A program made the translations under genes and the position numbers. Of a stretch of 53,315 nucleotides of DNA, positions 29,801-39,077 are shown one piece after another. The notes under the pieces are model-generated. The model saw only the letters and a program-made list of their open reading frames with translations. It was not told the origin of the DNA and searched no databases. Numbering within the stretch: position 1 is the stretch's first letter; each line of letters opens with the position of its first letter. The DNA comes from a virus. Its lineage: Duplodnaviria > Caudoviricetes. The stretch lies in IMG/VR virus record IMGVR_UViG_3300023278_000762, positions 1 through 53,315 of that record. One strand, 5' to 3'.

Positions 29801-32800
29801 CTACAAAAATTTGAAGCTGGAGAAGGGGAGGTTGTTTCAGCCGAAACAAAGTCTAGCGCTAAACAAAAACCAACAGTATTACAAACAATAAACCAATTAA
29901 TACCGGAAGGTGTTAAAACCAAAGCAGAATTACAAAAGCCTAGAGTGTTTAATCGTATATACGAAGCTACACTTGAAAACGGAGCTATAAGTAATTATGT
30001 AAAATCTCGAAGCGAGAATAAAGCTGTTTACGAAAAGGCAATAGAAAGCATTCAAGAAAGATTGATTAATTATGATCCAGCAGCTGTTCGAAAGAAAGCT
30101 AATGGACAACCAATTACTTTCGGTGAATTTATATTTGCTAACACTAACTTTGGTAAATTAGACGCTAAAAAGAAATTAGCAATTGAATCTAAAGAAGCAA
30201 AAGAAAAAACCAGTGTAGATAGTAAAGAAGCTAAACAAGTAGCGGACGTGTCAGAGGCTCCTGTTCGTGTTGCAGAAAAACCTAAGTATAAGAACTTAGT
30301 TCAAAGTAAAGTGGTCAGCACAGATGCCTTAAAAAGCATTTCAGGTAAGGTTGGGAAGATAGTTAGAACGCTTAAATCAAGAATGGATGCTAAAACATCT
30401 ATTAATAAAACTATTTCTCCGTTAATCGCTGAGATTAAGAAGGAAATGGGTAAGCAAGCTGATATCGATTTAAAGAAAGAGATTGGTGGTAAAAAAGACG
30501 ACCAGATAAAAAAGTATTTGTTAGCAAACAAGAAAGCAATTCTTGAGAACATGACAACTACATGGCTAATGCAAGCGATGCCTGGCGCAATCCAAAAGCA
30601 AGTTGATGGTAAGTTCACTTCAGATTGGAAAGGAAAGAAAATAGATAGAGAAAAAGTTAGCACAAATGCTGCTGGTAAAACATCTGGAGCAGAAATAGTT
30701 AGAAGATTACCAAATCCAAGTGTAAGTTTAGACGATGCTACCTATTTAGGGTATATTATAGACGACAAAGGCGCGCCAATTAGAGGACGTAAAGAATCTT
30801 TAGCTAAAGCAATGGCTGAAGAGATTTCTTTTGACATATTTTCTCAGCAAATAAAAGATCCCGAAAGCGATATAAGCAAAGCTTTTGAGACTAATCAAGA
30901 AAGGCTAGGTGTTGTAATAGCTGAAAACATTGTAGAGGATCTTACAAGACAAATAGATAGAGGTACAGTTAAGTTCTCTGCTAAAATAATTAATCACAAT
31001 AAAGAAAATCCAAATTTTATACCAGATTTTCTTGAAGATATGCGATCAGCTACGTTTCAGCAAATATTTAGTGAAAACTACAGGAATGGAGTTAATAGAC
31101 CTTGGTTTGATTCAGCGATAAAATACTTTGAACAAAAGTACCCTAAAGGATCAGAAGAGCGTAGCTTAACTATTAATGCTGTAAAAGATATAGCTAATGA
31201 TTTCGCAATGAAAAACAGTAATAAAAAACCTGTTGAAGTTGCTGTATTGAGAGCTGCGCAAGATCCAGAGCAATGGCAAGAGGCTTTAGATGCTGTTAAT
31301 GAAAAGGTTGAAGACGCTTTAACGCTTGGAACGGCTTACGATACTGTTGGAATGATTTACACCGGTAGAACTAATCAATTTGACGACGCTAGTCTTGATG
31401 GAATAAATGAAGCAAGATACGCTTTAAAAGCATTGATAGACTCCCTAGCCGAAAAAGGAATGACTAGGAACGAAATAAGAGCCGCTTTAAAAGATGCTTA
31501 CGTAGGTCCCGGAGGTATCGGTAAGTTTACAGTAGGCAGCAAAGACGCATTGCTAACCCTTACAGATGAAAACCTAGGAGAATTTAAAGGTGGCTCCAGA
31601 GGGGCTATTGTTTTGAATGCTACTGATTTTGACAATAACTTCCTGAAAGACGTGAAGAATGAAGGGCCTAAAGTGGTTAATGATTCTAATATTTTTAAGA
31701 AAGATTACTGGACAAAACCGACTAGTAAGTTCAATAAAATGGACTCTAAAGGACAGTGGGGTTTTCTTAATAACTTATTCAATCAAGGTATTAAAAATCA
31801 AGTAAAGCTAGAAAACACAATAGAGTCTATAAAAGATTTAGATGTTTCAGCTGCTAATAAAAGATGGTTAATAAGAGGTTTGTTCGCTGCAATGCCTGCA
31901 TTAGGTAAAGCAACATCAACAACTAGATACGTTCTTGTAAATAATGATGGTAGTTTAGTTTCTTTTGAAGAATTGAAAAGAAAAGGCTTAGCTGCTAAAG
32001 ACGATAAAGGTGTATTTGAACACACAAAACCTGCTAATAGAGTGTCAGTAGCTGCTTATGCTTATGCTATTGCACCTAGTAAGGCAACCAAAACCGCACT
32101 TGATAACGAGTTAAAGGATTTTGATTCAGCTTTGATATCTGAAAAGATGGATAAAGTTTTAGTAGGTCTAAAATTACAATCTAAAATGGGGCTTGGTTAT
32201 AAGGTAGGTACTGGGCCAATGCTTAGTAGATACAGGGAGCTTATTGCTGAACTGGATTCTAAAGGTGTTTATTTCTATGATATAAAGACAAACAAAAAGA
32301 TATTACCCGCCACAAAGTTTAATGATGCTTTTTTAGCTACAGCCAAAGCGGGATTAAAATCTTCTGCAAAAATTTCTGGCGTAACAGAAGGTGGGGCTTC
32401 TACTTTTGTACCAAACGTTAAAGGAGGGTTCAGTAAAAGTTCTACTGGACTGAAAGCTATATTTATGGTTGGTGGTCCTGGAGCTGGTAAAACTAATGTC
32501 GGTAAAGGATTACAGTTAGGTAGACGTGGTTATAAAGTAGTTAATCAAGATATTGCTTTAGAGGCTATGAAAACAGAAGTTGGATTACCAGCTAAAGAAT
32601 CTGACTATGATGCAGAGCAAAGATCTACAAGATCTAAAATTGGAGCTGCTGCTAGAAAAGCTGCTGTAGCAAAGTTTGACAAGTACGCCGACAATGGTAA
32701 CGGAATGGTTATCGACGGTACTGGAGCATCATACAATGCTACTACAAAAAAAATTAAAGCATTACAAGCTAAAGGTTTTGAGGTACATATGGTTGTAGCT

Positions 32801-35329
32801 AATACTCCTTTGTCAACAGCTATAGAAAGAAATAGAGCTAGAACAGAGAGATCATTACCAGACTTTGTAGTACAAAAAACGTACGATCAAGTTCAAGAAA
32901 GTTTAATGAAGTATAGAGAAGATTTTGGAGATCGCTTATACGAGATTAATACGGAGTCAATTAAATTCGGGGAAGCACTTCCTAGCGAATTCTTAAAGCA
33001 AGTTCACAATGGTATAAACAAAAACATTGTAACACTTAATTCGTCGGTTAAATCTAGCGTTAAGTTAAGCAAAGAGTTTAACAACATGATCGAGCGGGGT
33101 ACTGGTACTCTATCGGATGCTAAGTTTTCTAGTGTAGTAGCTAAAAGAAGAGGCGCAAGAAAAGGTAGATTTAAAGTATGGATGCCTACATCACTAGATG
33201 ACTTTAAAGGGCTAACGTCGTATGTTTTCGCAGGTAAAGGTAGACAAGGAGACGCTGATCAAAAGTGGTTTCAAGACAACTTAATAGACCCTTATTTTAA
33301 AGGTATTGCAGCTATTGAAGTTGCTAGACAGACAATGACAGATGATTTTAAAGCATTAAACAAAATGTTTAAACCTGTTGTAAAGTCTCTAGGCAAATTG
33401 ACGAAAGACGGTGATTATACTAATGATCAAGCAATAAGAATATATTTATGGGATAAAGCTGGGTACGAAATACCTGGTCTAAGTAAAAGGGATTTATCTA
33501 AGATGCTTAAGCATATAGAAAATAATCCAGATCTTAAAGCCTATGCAGATGCAGCACTAGTAATCTCAAAACAAGATAAATGGGTAAAACCAGGCTCTTT
33601 CTGGGATGCTCAAACTATATTATCTGATCTTGGTAACATGACTGAGAAGACCGGTAGAAAAGAATATATTGCTGAGTTTATTGAAAATTCAAAAGAGATA
33701 TTTAGTGTAGATAACTTGAACAAGATTGAAGCCGTATATGGCACAAGACAAGCGGATGCTTTAAAAGATATACTTTATAGAATGGAGAACGGTACAAACC
33801 GTCCTTCAGGAATGAATAAGAATGCAAATAGATTTAATAACTGGGTAAACAACTCGATTGGGTCTATCATGTTCTTCAACAGAAGATCTGCATTACTACA
33901 AACATTGTCTACTGTTAACTTTATTAATTGGTCTGATAATAATCCAGCTAAGGCTGCTTTAGCATTTGCTAATCAACCACAATTCTGGAAAGATTTTTCA
34001 ACGCTGTTTAACTCCCCTAAATTAAAGCAACGTAGATCAGGTTTAAAATCAGATATTAACGAAGCAGAGATTGCTAGTGCTGTTAAAGGCTCTAAAAATA
34101 AAGCTGTTGCTGCTTTAAGTTGGTTATTAAAGAAAGGATTTACACCAACACAAATGGCGGATAGTTTTGCTATTGCTTCAGGTGGAGCTACATTCTATAG
34201 AAATAGAGTAAATTCTTATTTAAAAGAGCAGGCACCAGACAAAGAGTTGACTAAGCAGAACAGAAAAATGACGTATGGCCCTAAGTATACTAGGGAACAA
34301 GCTGAACAAAAAGCGTTTGAGGACTTTAGTAAAATATCAGAAGAAACACAGCAATCAGGTGATCCAGCTTTAATATCATCGGATCAAGCAAGTACTGTAG
34401 GTAGAATGTTGTTGGCGTTTCAGAATACGCCAATACAGCTAAATAGATCTATAAAGAAATCTGCGCAAAACATATATAACAGACGTAGAGTTCCTGGATT
34501 AAACCAGTTTCAAAGCGATGTTACTCATTTGAGTCAGATCATTTATTACGGAGCTATTCAGAACATTATATTTTCAACGTTGCAAAACGCATTGTTTGCG
34601 CTGTTGCCAGGTTTTGATGATGAAGAGCCAACAGACGAAGAACTTGCTGCTAAGCTAGGTGAAAAATCTAATAGAATTTTAAACGGTATTATAAGTACTA
34701 CTTTAAAAGGAGGGTTTGGTATACCAGGAGCTGTTGTAGATACTATCAAAAACGTTATTCAAGAGTACAATAAGCAGGATGAAAAAGGGTTTACGGGAGA
34801 TCATACCTACACAATACTGCAAGCAGCTAACTTAGCCCCACCAATTGGTTCTAAGCTTAGTAAAATATATAAAGGAATTCAAGCTAAAAGATTCAATAAA
34901 GACGTGATTGAAAATAGAGGGTACGATGTGGTTTATGACGGTAGATTCAATATTTCACCAGCGTACTCTGTATTAGGTAACGTAGTAGAAGGTACTACTA
35001 ACTTTCCAATGGCTAGAGCTGTTGATGAATTAAACTCTATAACAGAAGCTTTTGACACAAGAAACACCGTGATGCAACGTATAGCATTAGGTTTAGGCTG
35101 GAAAGCTTGGAATGTAGGCGCAACAAACGAAGAGCATATACTTATTAAGACCAACGCTAAGTTAGATAAAAAGGAAAAGAAGAAGGAAGAAAGAGCTAAG
35201 GGAAAAAAGAAAAAAGCTAAGAAAGCAAAAGACTATAGCGATGTTCCTTTCCATAAATTACCGCCAAAAGAAAAAGCAAAGAGATTAGCTCGCAAGCGTG
35301 CAGAAATTGCTAAATCAAAAAACAAATAA
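26804..35329 (+). CDS. Giant internal virion/polyvalent protein with zincin (HExxH) and P-loop kinase (zeta-toxin/AAA_33-like) domains
   Basis: 2841 aa; HEFLH at 29399-29413 with downstream EE; GGPGAGKT at 32471-32494, VIDGT and AIERNRAR lid motif. Confidence 0.8.
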   Translation: MANIDPIYKLNGKEFTKEQLEASASYHSLSFDDYVSSRNFEIIQPEDFQNGAAENNAPVVPKNNQALNNGGSVSENGSSDLPGNLEFGEAVDFDFNNPYSEPKKERRYIQFKSGRVYEDTYLSELEENPTDEYNREKPKTFEEYAEQMGGSSSSIRIYKPDTFVKEQKSVDARVIEAINSKFEQTEEQKLEKRAKAEEMFVPQADRPTHMVFTGDYSPPESIVTKNEDYDKYVGIAKNKLGNNASEDEILSVAKNLYVDASVKPQIAKNIEQSLKDGAYDQGSKDFLNEADSDFIKKAAAREYKTKNKAQQANVAKLESMGVLMKATIAEMEALQKQSYSLDTFDAEAARERYKYLRSTLEVASENYNEFYNNSYLVVNEELEGLADIVDVTKRAYGIGNVLAANVVATTSELIGGALKAPEWLGTIIESAITGEEYNNTWMAQNTGMLSEALLDTEMIRGAVAKPVDVADIGSDGTNLGYWMTDLIGNQIPTAATMIAFPASSLYVMGASAAGQKANDMAGLMESSEADYNNWQMLLAPAIVGTLETVTEKISLGQLKHVGKVFQGKNSVLKEATDYIQNRVLNKNYFVDVLGEGASEGLNQLGGNITDKYLLKDKNVHIWDGVGNAVASGGFMSGVVYKAPSIGVKMLNPFASSDLKPNIYANIVMQNKLAKEMLNKDISPNIKSSLKQAYDKLNEANNKLLNDQFKTIDALNDDQKTELIEIDKAKAKALLELQDINGFDNMSDSVKQNLIEGKESEINSLAANKEKILSTVGADADVALTKSLIEGAKDGSSVMVFEDDTKTKVTAAQKQYDFLISVGLSEAQAEAKKNDYGLFVQDKDGNDILVINKASALEDKVVTTGKHEFLHKVLKRAIAKDPSLAENMGNMLLTEIANNPSIITERGKQAIKQYKERADDVNDSTTQSDYFEEIITVFAESMNPEAASQADTFTSKIADIVRRAMNSLGIRNVKFKTSKDVVNFIKDYNRDFASGKLSRTLQKFEAGEGEVVSAETKSSAKQKPTVLQTINQLIPEGVKTKAELQKPRVFNRIYEATLENGAISNYVKSRSENKAVYEKAIESIQERLINYDPAAVRKKANGQPITFGEFIFANTNFGKLDAKKKLAIESKEAKEKTSVDSKEAKQVADVSEAPVRVAEKPKYKNLVQSKVVSTDALKSISGKVGKIVRTLKSRMDAKTSINKTISPLIAEIKKEMGKQADIDLKKEIGGKKDDQIKKYLLANKKAILENMTTTWLMQAMPGAIQKQVDGKFTSDWKGKKIDREKVSTNAAGKTSGAEIVRRLPNPSVSLDDATYLGYIIDDKGAPIRGRKESLAKAMAEEISFDIFSQQIKDPESDISKAFETNQERLGVVIAENIVEDLTRQIDRGTVKFSAKIINHNKENPNFIPDFLEDMRSATFQQIFSENYRNGVNRPWFDSAIKYFEQKYPKGSEERSLTINAVKDIANDFAMKNSNKKPVEVAVLRAAQDPEQWQEALDAVNEKVEDALTLGTAYDTVGMIYTGRTNQFDDASLDGINEARYALKALIDSLAEKGMTRNEIRAALKDAYVGPGGIGKFTVGSKDALLTLTDENLGEFKGGSRGAIVLNATDFDNNFLKDVKNEGPKVVNDSNIFKKDYWTKPTSKFNKMDSKGQWGFLNNLFNQGIKNQVKLENTIESIKDLDVSAANKRWLIRGLFAAMPALGKATSTTRYVLVNNDGSLVSFEELKRKGLAAKDDKGVFEHTKPANRVSVAAYAYAIAPSKATKTALDNELKDFDSALISEKMDKVLVGLKLQSKMGLGYKVGTGPMLSRYRELIAELDSKGVYFYDIKTNKKILPATKFNDAFLATAKAGLKSSAKISGVTEGGASTFVPNVKGGFSKSSTGLKAIFMVGGPGAGKTNVGKGLQLGRRGYKVVNQDIALEAMKTEVGLPAKESDYDAEQRSTRSKIGAAARKAAVAKFDKYADNGNGMVIDGTGASYNATTKKIKALQAKGFEVHMVVANTPLSTAIERNRARTERSLPDFVVQKTYDQVQESLMKYREDFGDRLYEINTESIKFGEALPSEFLKQVHNGINKNIVTLNSSVKSSVKLSKEFNNMIERGTGTLSDAKFSSVVAKRRGARKGRFKVWMPTSLDDFKGLTSYVFAGKGRQGDADQKWFQDNLIDPYFKGIAAIEVARQTMTDDFKALNKMFKPVVKSLGKLTKDGDYTNDQAIRIYLWDKAGYEIPGLSKRDLSKMLKHIENNPDLKAYADAALVISKQDKWVKPGSFWDAQTILSDLGNMTEKTGRKEYIAEFIENSKEIFSVDNLNKIEAVYGTRQADALKDILYRMENGTNRPSGMNKNANRFNNWVNNSIGSIMFFNRRSALLQTLSTVNFINWSDNNPAKAALAFANQPQFWKDFSTLFNSPKLKQRRSGLKSDINEAEIASAVKGSKNKAVAALSWLLKKGFTPTQMADSFAIASGGATFYRNRVNSYLKEQAPDKELTKQNRKMTYGPKYTREQAEQKAFEDFSKISEETQQSGDPALISSDQASTVGRMLLAFQNTPIQLNRSIKKSAQNIYNRRRVPGLNQFQSDVTHLSQIIYYGAIQNIIFSTLQNALFALLPGFDDEEPTDEELAAKLGEKSNRILNGIISTTLKGGFGIPGAVVDTIKNVIQEYNKQDEKGFTGDHTYTILQAANLAPPIGSKLSKIYKGIQAKRFNKDVIENRGYDVVYDGRFNISPAYSVLGNVVEGTTNFPMARAVDELNSITEAFDTRNTVMQRIALGLGWKAWNVGATNEEHILIKTNAKLDKKEKKKEERAKGKKKKAKKAKDYSDVPFHKLPPKEKAKRLARKRAEIAKSKNK

Positions 35330-35332
35330 CTT

Positions 35333-35491
35333 ATGAGTATACCAATAACGTCAAGAGTACAAAGCGCAAGATCTAAAGTAAAATTTCCCAAAGGAATGGA
35401 AATATCTATAAGCGCAGACGGAACCGGACCAGCGGTGCCAGATACAAACCCATCACCCGCTAAAAAATATGGGTGTAACAGAAAAAAATAA
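35333..35491 (+). CDS. 52-aa basic protein with SPAKK (not in the ORF track)
   Basis: MSIPITSRV...PSPAKKYGCNRKK translated by hand; fills the gap. Confidence 0.65.
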   Translation: MSIPITSRVQSARSKVKFPKGMEISISADGTGPAVPDTNPSPAKKYGCNRKK

Positions 35492-35502
35492 AGTAAGATA
35501 AT

Positions 35503-35784
35503 ATGGCAAACAAAATTAGCGAAAGCACAGAAGTAACTCTTGACATTAAAACAATAGCTCTAGTAGTCGGAGGAGCTATATCATTTGCAGGGTTGTATTT
35601 TACTTTGAAAAAAGATATTGAGTTAGCTAAAGAACTACCTGAACCTACTATCACTAGGACAGAGTACGATCTTAAAGATCAGTTAGTTAGAGAAACCATA
35701 ATGACCACTCAAGATAAGGTTGAGGAGAATAGCAAGAAGTTAGATAAAATAGATGAGAAGTTGTATAAAATAATTCAAAGATAA
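35503..35784 (+). CDS. Single-TM coiled-coil protein, putative holin/lysis protein
   Basis: TM segment IALVVGGAISFAGLYF; two genes upstream of the endolysin. Confidence 0.5.
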   Translation: MANKISESTEVTLDIKTIALVVGGAISFAGLYFTLKKDIELAKELPEPTITRTEYDLKDQLVRETIMTTQDKVEENSKKLDKIDEKLYKIIQR

Positions 35785-35789
35785 GCAAG

Positions 35790-36104
35790 ATGAAAAATAC
35801 TTTAATTATATTAATTACAATGCTTTCTATCAGCTGCTACTCTCAAAAATATACTTTACTTGAGATCAACGCTAAATGGAATGGCAAAAACAATCTAAAG
35901 CAAACAAAGATTGGTGGCATAAGAATTAACTTTGGATGGTTAGAAGATCAGCCTAAGAAAATGCAAGCCAAAATAAGATCCGTGCCTATTTTAGTTTTAT
36001 TTAACAATGGTAAACCTGTTTATCAGTGGGTGGCAGGAATTAATTTTAAACTTGAAGTTACAGAAGAGCAATTTGAAAAAGTAATTAATAAACTTAAAAA
36101 TTAA
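35790..36104 (+). CDS. Exported thioredoxin-like protein lacking CxxC
   Basis: Signal peptide; EINAKWN replaces WCxxC; IRSVPILVLFNNGK cis-Pro motif. Confidence 0.55.
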   Translation: MKNTLIILITMLSISCYSQKYTLLEINAKWNGKNNLKQTKIGGIRINFGWLEDQPKKMQAKIRSVPILVLFNNGKPVYQWVAGINFKLEVTEEQFEKVINKLKN

Positions 36105-36487
36105 TGAAATTAACAGAAAATTTTAGCTTAGAAGAGTTTGAATGCAATTGCGGGTGTGTCATGCCTAAGTTTGTTGAGGAAAATGTAGTAAAATTGGCAG
36201 ATAATTTGCAGACGTTAAGAACAGTTATTCTTAAACCTATAAAAATAACAAATGCTTACCGTTGTAAATCTCACAATGCAAAAGTTGGCGGAGCTAAAGC
36301 TTCACAGCATTTATTAGGCAAGGCTGCTGATTTGCAGGTGGAAGGTGAATCTCCTGACAGTGTAGCTGATGCAATAGACGACTTAATGAAAGCGGAAGTT
36401 TTTGATCTAGGCGGACTTGGAAGATACAATACGTTTACACATGTTGACATCCGAGGTACTAAAGCGAGGTGGAATAATAAAAAATAA
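36104..36487 (+). CDS. Endolysin, peptidase M15A family
   Basis: AYRCKSHNAKVGGA..SQHLLGKAAD...FTHVDIRG. Confidence 0.88.
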   Translation: MKLTENFSLEEFECNCGCVMPKFVEENVVKLADNLQTLRTVILKPIKITNAYRCKSHNAKVGGAKASQHLLGKAADLQVEGESPDSVADAIDDLMKAEVFDLGGLGRYNTFTHVDIRGTKARWNNKK

Positions 36488-36493
36488 ACTAAT

Positions 36494-36646
36494 ATGAGAA
36501 CAAAAGGAATTGGTCCTCAAGGGCTAGGATTGCTGGGTAACAACGGATACCACATTGGATCTCCTGCTAAAAAAGCTTGTTGGAAAAATTATAAAAGAAA
36601 GCCTGGCACTGAAGTAGGTACTAAAGGAAGTTGCATTAAAAAATAA
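36494..36646 (+). CDS. 50-aa basic protein with KGIGPQGLG, SPAKK and CWKNY...GSC (not in the ORF track)
   Basis: Translated by hand; shares motifs with the next gene. Confidence 0.7.
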   Translation: MRTKGIGPQGLGLLGNNGYHIGSPAKKACWKNYKRKPGTEVGTKGSCIKK

Positions 36647-36651
36647 ATAAT

Positions 36652-37047
36652 ATGTATAAAGGATTTAAAGGTGTAGGACCTAATGGATTGGGTGGTGCTA
36701 AGAAACAATCAAGCTGCGGATGTAGTTCAGACTGCGGATGTAGTTCTCCGGCTAAAAAAACAAAAAGCAAATCGTATTCTCCTCCAAAAAATAAAAAATC
36801 TGGAAACTTTGCAGAAGTTAAAAAAGGTGGTGGCACAGGTAAAGATGCTGGCGGTGGAATGACAGCTAAAGGTGTTGCTAATTATAATAAGAAAACAGGG
36901 GGTAATCTAAAGACAGCTGTAACTAAAAAGCCGTCTGAAATGGATCCTGATAGTAAAGATGCTAAAAGAAGAAAATCATTCTGTGCTAGATCTAAAGGCT
37001 GGAGCTCTGAAAGAGGTAAAGCCGCTAGAAGAAAATGGAATTGTTAA
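36652..37047 (+). CDS. Basic hypothetical protein (DUF6321-like C-terminus)
   Basis: GGMTAKGV...KRRKSFCARS...RKWNC; KGVGPNGLG and SPAKK at the N-terminus. Confidence 0.7.
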   Translation: MYKGFKGVGPNGLGGAKKQSSCGCSSDCGCSSPAKKTKSKSYSPPKNKKSGNFAEVKKGGGTGKDAGGGMTAKGVANYNKKTGGNLKTAVTKKPSEMDPDSKDAKRRKSFCARSKGWSSERGKAARRKWNC

Positions 37048-37064
37048 AATAAAAACAAATAAAA

Positions 37065-37301
37065 ATGAGAAATTTAAACTTAAGACAACAATTAAAAGAG
37101 TTTAGCAAAAGAAAAAAAGTTTCTATATTAAATTCAAAACCTCCAGTAGATCCGGATGCTCCGGGAACACCAGGTAAACCAGGATACGAGCCTCCTGTAA
37201 ATAGAGAAGATTTAGACGATAAAGGCAAAAAACTTTTTGATGCTAATCAGAAAAAAATAAAAAATAAAGTAAAAAAAAATAAAGTAAAAAAGAAAAAGTA
37301 A
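37065..37301 (+). CDS. Lys/Pro-rich hypothetical protein
   Basis: Last + strand ORF before the terminator. Confidence 0.65.
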   Translation: MRNLNLRQQLKEFSKRKKVSILNSKPPVDPDAPGTPGKPGYEPPVNREDLDDKGKKLFDANQKKIKNKVKKNKVKKKK

Positions 37302-37303
37302 AA

Positions 37304-37336
37304 AATAATGCCGCTAATTAATTTAGCGGCATTATT
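37304..37336. terminator. Terminator hairpin between the convergent arms
   Basis: Perfect 14-bp inverted repeat AATAATGCCGCTAA/TTAGCGGCATTATT with A-tract on the left (U-tract for - transcripts). Confidence 0.85.
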
Positions 37337-37354
37337 AATTATATGTATAGCATA

Positions 37355-39076
37355 TTAGCCATCACACGCTAGACAATCTTCACTCATAGCTGAAGCCGCA
37401 ATATCTCCACGCAAGACGCTTTCAGTTCTAGTATAGTATAAAGTTTTTACACCTTTCTTCCAAGCTTCGAAATGAACTTTGTTCAACCATTTAGGAGTAG
37501 CTTCAGAAGGGAATGCAAGATTAAGACTTACGGATTGATCTACGTACTGTTGCCTGATCCCTGCTTGATTAACTAATTCCAACTGATTAATCTCCTTGAA
37601 TGTTCTAAAAACTTCCTTAGAAGGGATATTATGATCTCCTATCAATACATTATCAAGAGCATCGATATTTTGAACAGAACCTCCATCAGCTAATATCTTA
37701 TTCCATATATCACTAGTGTTTAATTCGTTGTCTTCAAGAACCTGTTCTAAGGTAGGATTCTTTCTTATAAAAGTCCCCTTGGCCGATTGCTCTGTGAATA
37801 CGTTCGCGGCCCACGGCTCAATACCCGGAGAAACATTACCGGAAAGCTTACTATTAGAGACAGTAGGAGCGATAGCACGAAGGTGAGTATTACGCCTACC
37901 AGTACCAACACACCAAAGAGGTTCCCCATATATTTCAGCAAGATTCCTTGATGCTCTTTCGCTTTCAATTTTGATTTGCGAAAATATCTTCCTAGTCTCA
38001 AACTGAGAAAGTAAACCTTCGAAAGGAATACCCTTTTCTTGGAGATACGTGTGCCATCCAAGGACTCCCAAGCCCAATGCTCGCCCTTTCTGTGCAGATC
38101 GAATAGCATTTTCGAACCCACGTAGTCCCTTTGCTCTTTGAATAAATTCTTCCATAACTCCATCAAGAAAGTAAATGGCGTCATGTATAAGATTAGTGTC
38201 TTTCCACTCTTCATATTTTGCTAAGTTTAATGATGATAAACAACATACAAAGCTATGTGTTTCATCCGTGTGTAATGCGATTTCAGAACATATATTAGTC
38301 ATATGCACCTTCAATCCGTTTTGTTTGTATGCTTCTGGATTTGCTTTATTAACGTTACCTTTAAACATTATATAAGGCTCACCAGTCGCTTTTCTTTTTC
38401 TTAATAATTTACTCCATTTAGCACGAGCTTCTTTGTCTCCTTGCTCTAGTCTACGCATAAACTTATCTCCAACAATAGCGCATTGATGCAAGTTAAGAGA
38501 TTGCCTATTAACATCTCCTTTGGGTTCCCTGATTTCAAGCCAGTCTTCGAAATCATTGTGTTCAATGTTAATATTAACAGAAGCAGCGCCTCTTCTTACA
38601 GAACCTTGATTGGTAGCAAGAATTGTAGAATCGTAAATTTTACAAAATGGTACTACTCCATCTGATGTTCCATTACCAGTTATCCTAGCTCCAGCGGGTC
38701 TGATTTGATTAATACCAATGCCAACACCGCCTCCATGCTTAGCTAACAGCATCATCTCTAGATTTTTCTGACCTATGTCCTGTATTGAATCTGCTACATC
38801 AACACCGAAACAACTAATAGGGAGACCACGGTCAGTACCAGTATTGCTAAGTACAGGAGATGCCAAACATAACCAACCATTCCAAATATAGTTGAAAAAT
38901 GTTTCAGCCATTTCAGGTTTATATAACCTACGAGCAACTGCTTTACTGACGCGATGGTATGCTTCTTTAGGCGTTTCTCCGTCAAATAAATATCCCCCGG
39001 ATATTGTCTTCTTGTATACGTCTGTATCACCCCACGCAGGGTAATCTTCTCCTTTAATCCAATTTTCATTCCACAT
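37355..39076 (-). CDS. nrdA: Ribonucleotide reductase class I alpha subunit (no ATP cone)
   Basis: ISCF, GGGVG, TNICSEI (NxCxE), IAPTVS, KTLYY and C-terminal CLAC. Confidence 0.95.
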   Translation of the reverse strand: MWNENWIKGEDYPAWGDTDVYKKTISGGYLFDGETPKEAYHRVSKAVARRLYKPEMAETFFNYIWNGWLCLASPVLSNTGTDRGLPISCFGVDVADSIQDIGQKNLEMMLLAKHGGGVGIGINQIRPAGARITGNGTSDGVVPFCKIYDSTILATNQGSVRRGAASVNINIEHNDFEDWLEIREPKGDVNRQSLNLHQCAIVGDKFMRRLEQGDKEARAKWSKLLRKRKATGEPYIMFKGNVNKANPEAYKQNGLKVHMTNICSEIALHTDETHSFVCCLSSLNLAKYEEWKDTNLIHDAIYFLDGVMEEFIQRAKGLRGFENAIRSAQKGRALGLGVLGWHTYLQEKGIPFEGLLSQFETRKIFSQIKIESERASRNLAEIYGEPLWCVGTGRRNTHLRAIAPTVSNSKLSGNVSPGIEPWAANVFTEQSAKGTFIRKNPTLEQVLEDNELNTSDIWNKILADGGSVQNIDALDNVLIGDHNIPSKEVFRTFKEINQLELVNQAGIRQQYVDQSVSLNLAFPSEATPKWLNKVHFEAWKKGVKTLYYTRTESVLRGDIAASAMSEDCLACDG

Positions 39077-39077
39077 A

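Noticed and set aside
211-35154. Many antisense ORFs in the track (e.g. 4294-4797, 5876-6466, 12928-13365, 16140-16577, 30301-30663)
   Set aside because: Shadows of codon-biased sense genes, with no motifs or expression signals
26804-35329. Virion RNA polymerase as in crAss-like phages
   Set aside because: No DxDxD catalytic motif in a convincing context (only DFDFN, DFDNN and DFDSA)
37765-38214. 149-aa alternative-frame ORF inside nrdA
   Set aside because: No recognisable features; explained by the locally higher GC of a conserved gene
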